Shown one piece after another: positions 62,677 to 64,000 of a stretch of 64,000 bases of DNA (position 1 is its first letter; each line of letters starts with the position of its first letter). The position numbers and the translations under genes were made by a program. Under the pieces are notes generated by a model. It made no database searches. It saw only the letters and a program-made list of their open reading frames with translations, and had not been told where the DNA came from. Source of the stretch: Felis catus (taxonomy: Eukaryota); assembly GCF_018350175.1 (NCBI RefSeq), contig NC_058368.1:50655815-50719814 (forward strand), given 5' to 3'.

Positions 62677-63615
62677 CAGATCATCTTTATCGTAATATTT
62701 TGTGTTTATATGGAATGCTTATCTCCAATACTCCTAGGAAGATATTATGTTATGTAACAGCTACGATTGTGCCACTGTTCATGCTCCTGGTCAACCATCA
62801 ACAAAGTATACAAACTTATAAAAGAAATTGGCTTATATTTGAAACCGTGTGTGTATACCATACATGGATGCTAAGAATTCTATTACGTTACCCTAAGCAT
62901 TTAAATCACATTTTGGTGGGAACACAGAAACTGCTCTACTTGCTTTAACAAGAAGGGAATAGAAAGAATAATAGAGGGAATTGGATACCTAAAATACGGA
63001 TTGTAAGGCTGAGGAAATAAAGGTCAGGGTGTGCCACTGTTGACTTTTAGAAGTCTGAAAGTATGGGGATTCAAGAAAGTGTCAGTGAGCTCTCACTTGC
63101 CTCTAGCACCAAAGAAGGTGACTCACAGGAGCTGGCCTAGAAGATGCCGCAAAAACTTATGTCTACAGTGTGACAAGCATCCCATCTCATCTGTTACTGC
63201 TAGAAGACAAAAAATAATTTTTTTTAACTCAGTTCTCTCATTTACACCTCTCATGACTGAATCTTTCCTTGGAATGAAACAAATATCTTACAGCAAAGGA
63301 GTCTGGAAAATATAACTTTCAGGCATCAAACCATGAGGTATAGGGAGGATCTTAGTAGGACAGGGTTGGTATTCAATATCAAACAGACCATATCTCACCC
63401 AAATGTTCATTATCATGATTCCTAAGATTGTAGTTTCCCATTGGAGACCCATAATATGCACACTTATATCAAGTTTGGTGAACACCCTATAAATTTCAGC
63501 TTGATTTAAATTCATCTGGATGCTCTGATTCCCTACTTACAAAATCCTAAATTAATGATTTCTCAACAGCCAGCCCCTGTTGGCATTACCCACTTAGAAA
63601 ACAGTATAGGATGTC

Positions 63616-63720
63616 GGGGTGTCTGGCTGGCTCAGTCAGTAGAGCATGTGACTCTTGATGTCGGGACTGTGAGTACAAGACCCACATTGGGCACTGATAT
63701 TACTTAAAAATAAAATCTTG
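63616..63720 (+). mobile_element. Short old Can-SINE
   Basis: ggggtgtctggctggctcagtcagtagagcatgtgactcttgat..ttacttaaaaataaaatct. Confidence 0.9.
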
Positions 63721-63889
63721 AAAAGAAGGAAAGGAAAGGAAAGGAAAGGAAAGGAAAGGAAAGGAAAGGAAAGGAAAGGAAAGGAAAGGAAAGGAAAGGA
63801 AGAAAGAAAGAGGAAGGGGAGGAAGGAAGGAAGGAAGGAAGGAAGGAAGGAAGGAAGGAAGGGAGAGAGAGAGGGAGGGAGGAAGAAAA
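63720..63889. repeat. (GGAAA)n/(GGAA)n purine microsatellite
   Basis: Read directly from the sequence. Confidence 0.97.
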
Positions 63890-64000
63890 TGGTGTAAAAA
63901 TCCCTTTCAGAAATGGCCCAGCAGAGTTTATTTATATCCTTTCCACTGTCAATTTCTTCCACTATGGCAGTGGTAGAATGAGTTATAAAACTTGGAGCTA

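Noticed and set aside
1..64000. CRISPR array, operon or novel multi-gene system
   Set aside because: Mammalian repeat-dominated DNA with no regularly spaced repeat-spacer array and no intact genes visible

Overview
This is AT-rich mammalian genomic DNA, almost certainly from a felid. It carries about 24 Can-SINE (SINEC_Fc-type) copies and cat/carnivore-type LINE-1 3' ends. I find no supportable protein-coding exon, RNA gene or prokaryote-type system. The window reads as intergenic or deep-intronic sequence built from layered transposon insertions: felid and carnivore L1s, older L1M/L2/MIR fragments, MaLR (MLT1) and ERV solo LTRs, a full-length Tigger1, MER82, MER58A, a Tigger-like MITE and many microsatellites. 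Most longer ORFs are decayed L1 ORF1/ORF2 or Tigger transposase fragments, or SINE/microsatellite artefacts. The most unusual structures are: (1) an old templated insertion at a Tigger1 end that copies part of an MLT1 LTR plus its flank from about 16.5-16.9 kb upstream; (2) a perfect 160-bp spacer-less palindrome in an L1 inter-ORF spacer; (3) a twin-primed L1 with a 111-bp inverted duplication, a duplicated 3' end and a SINE in its TSD; (4) several other nested or duplicated insertions. Subfamily names come from my memory of consensus sequences and need RepeatMasker/Dfam confirmation. Boundaries of old elements are approximate.
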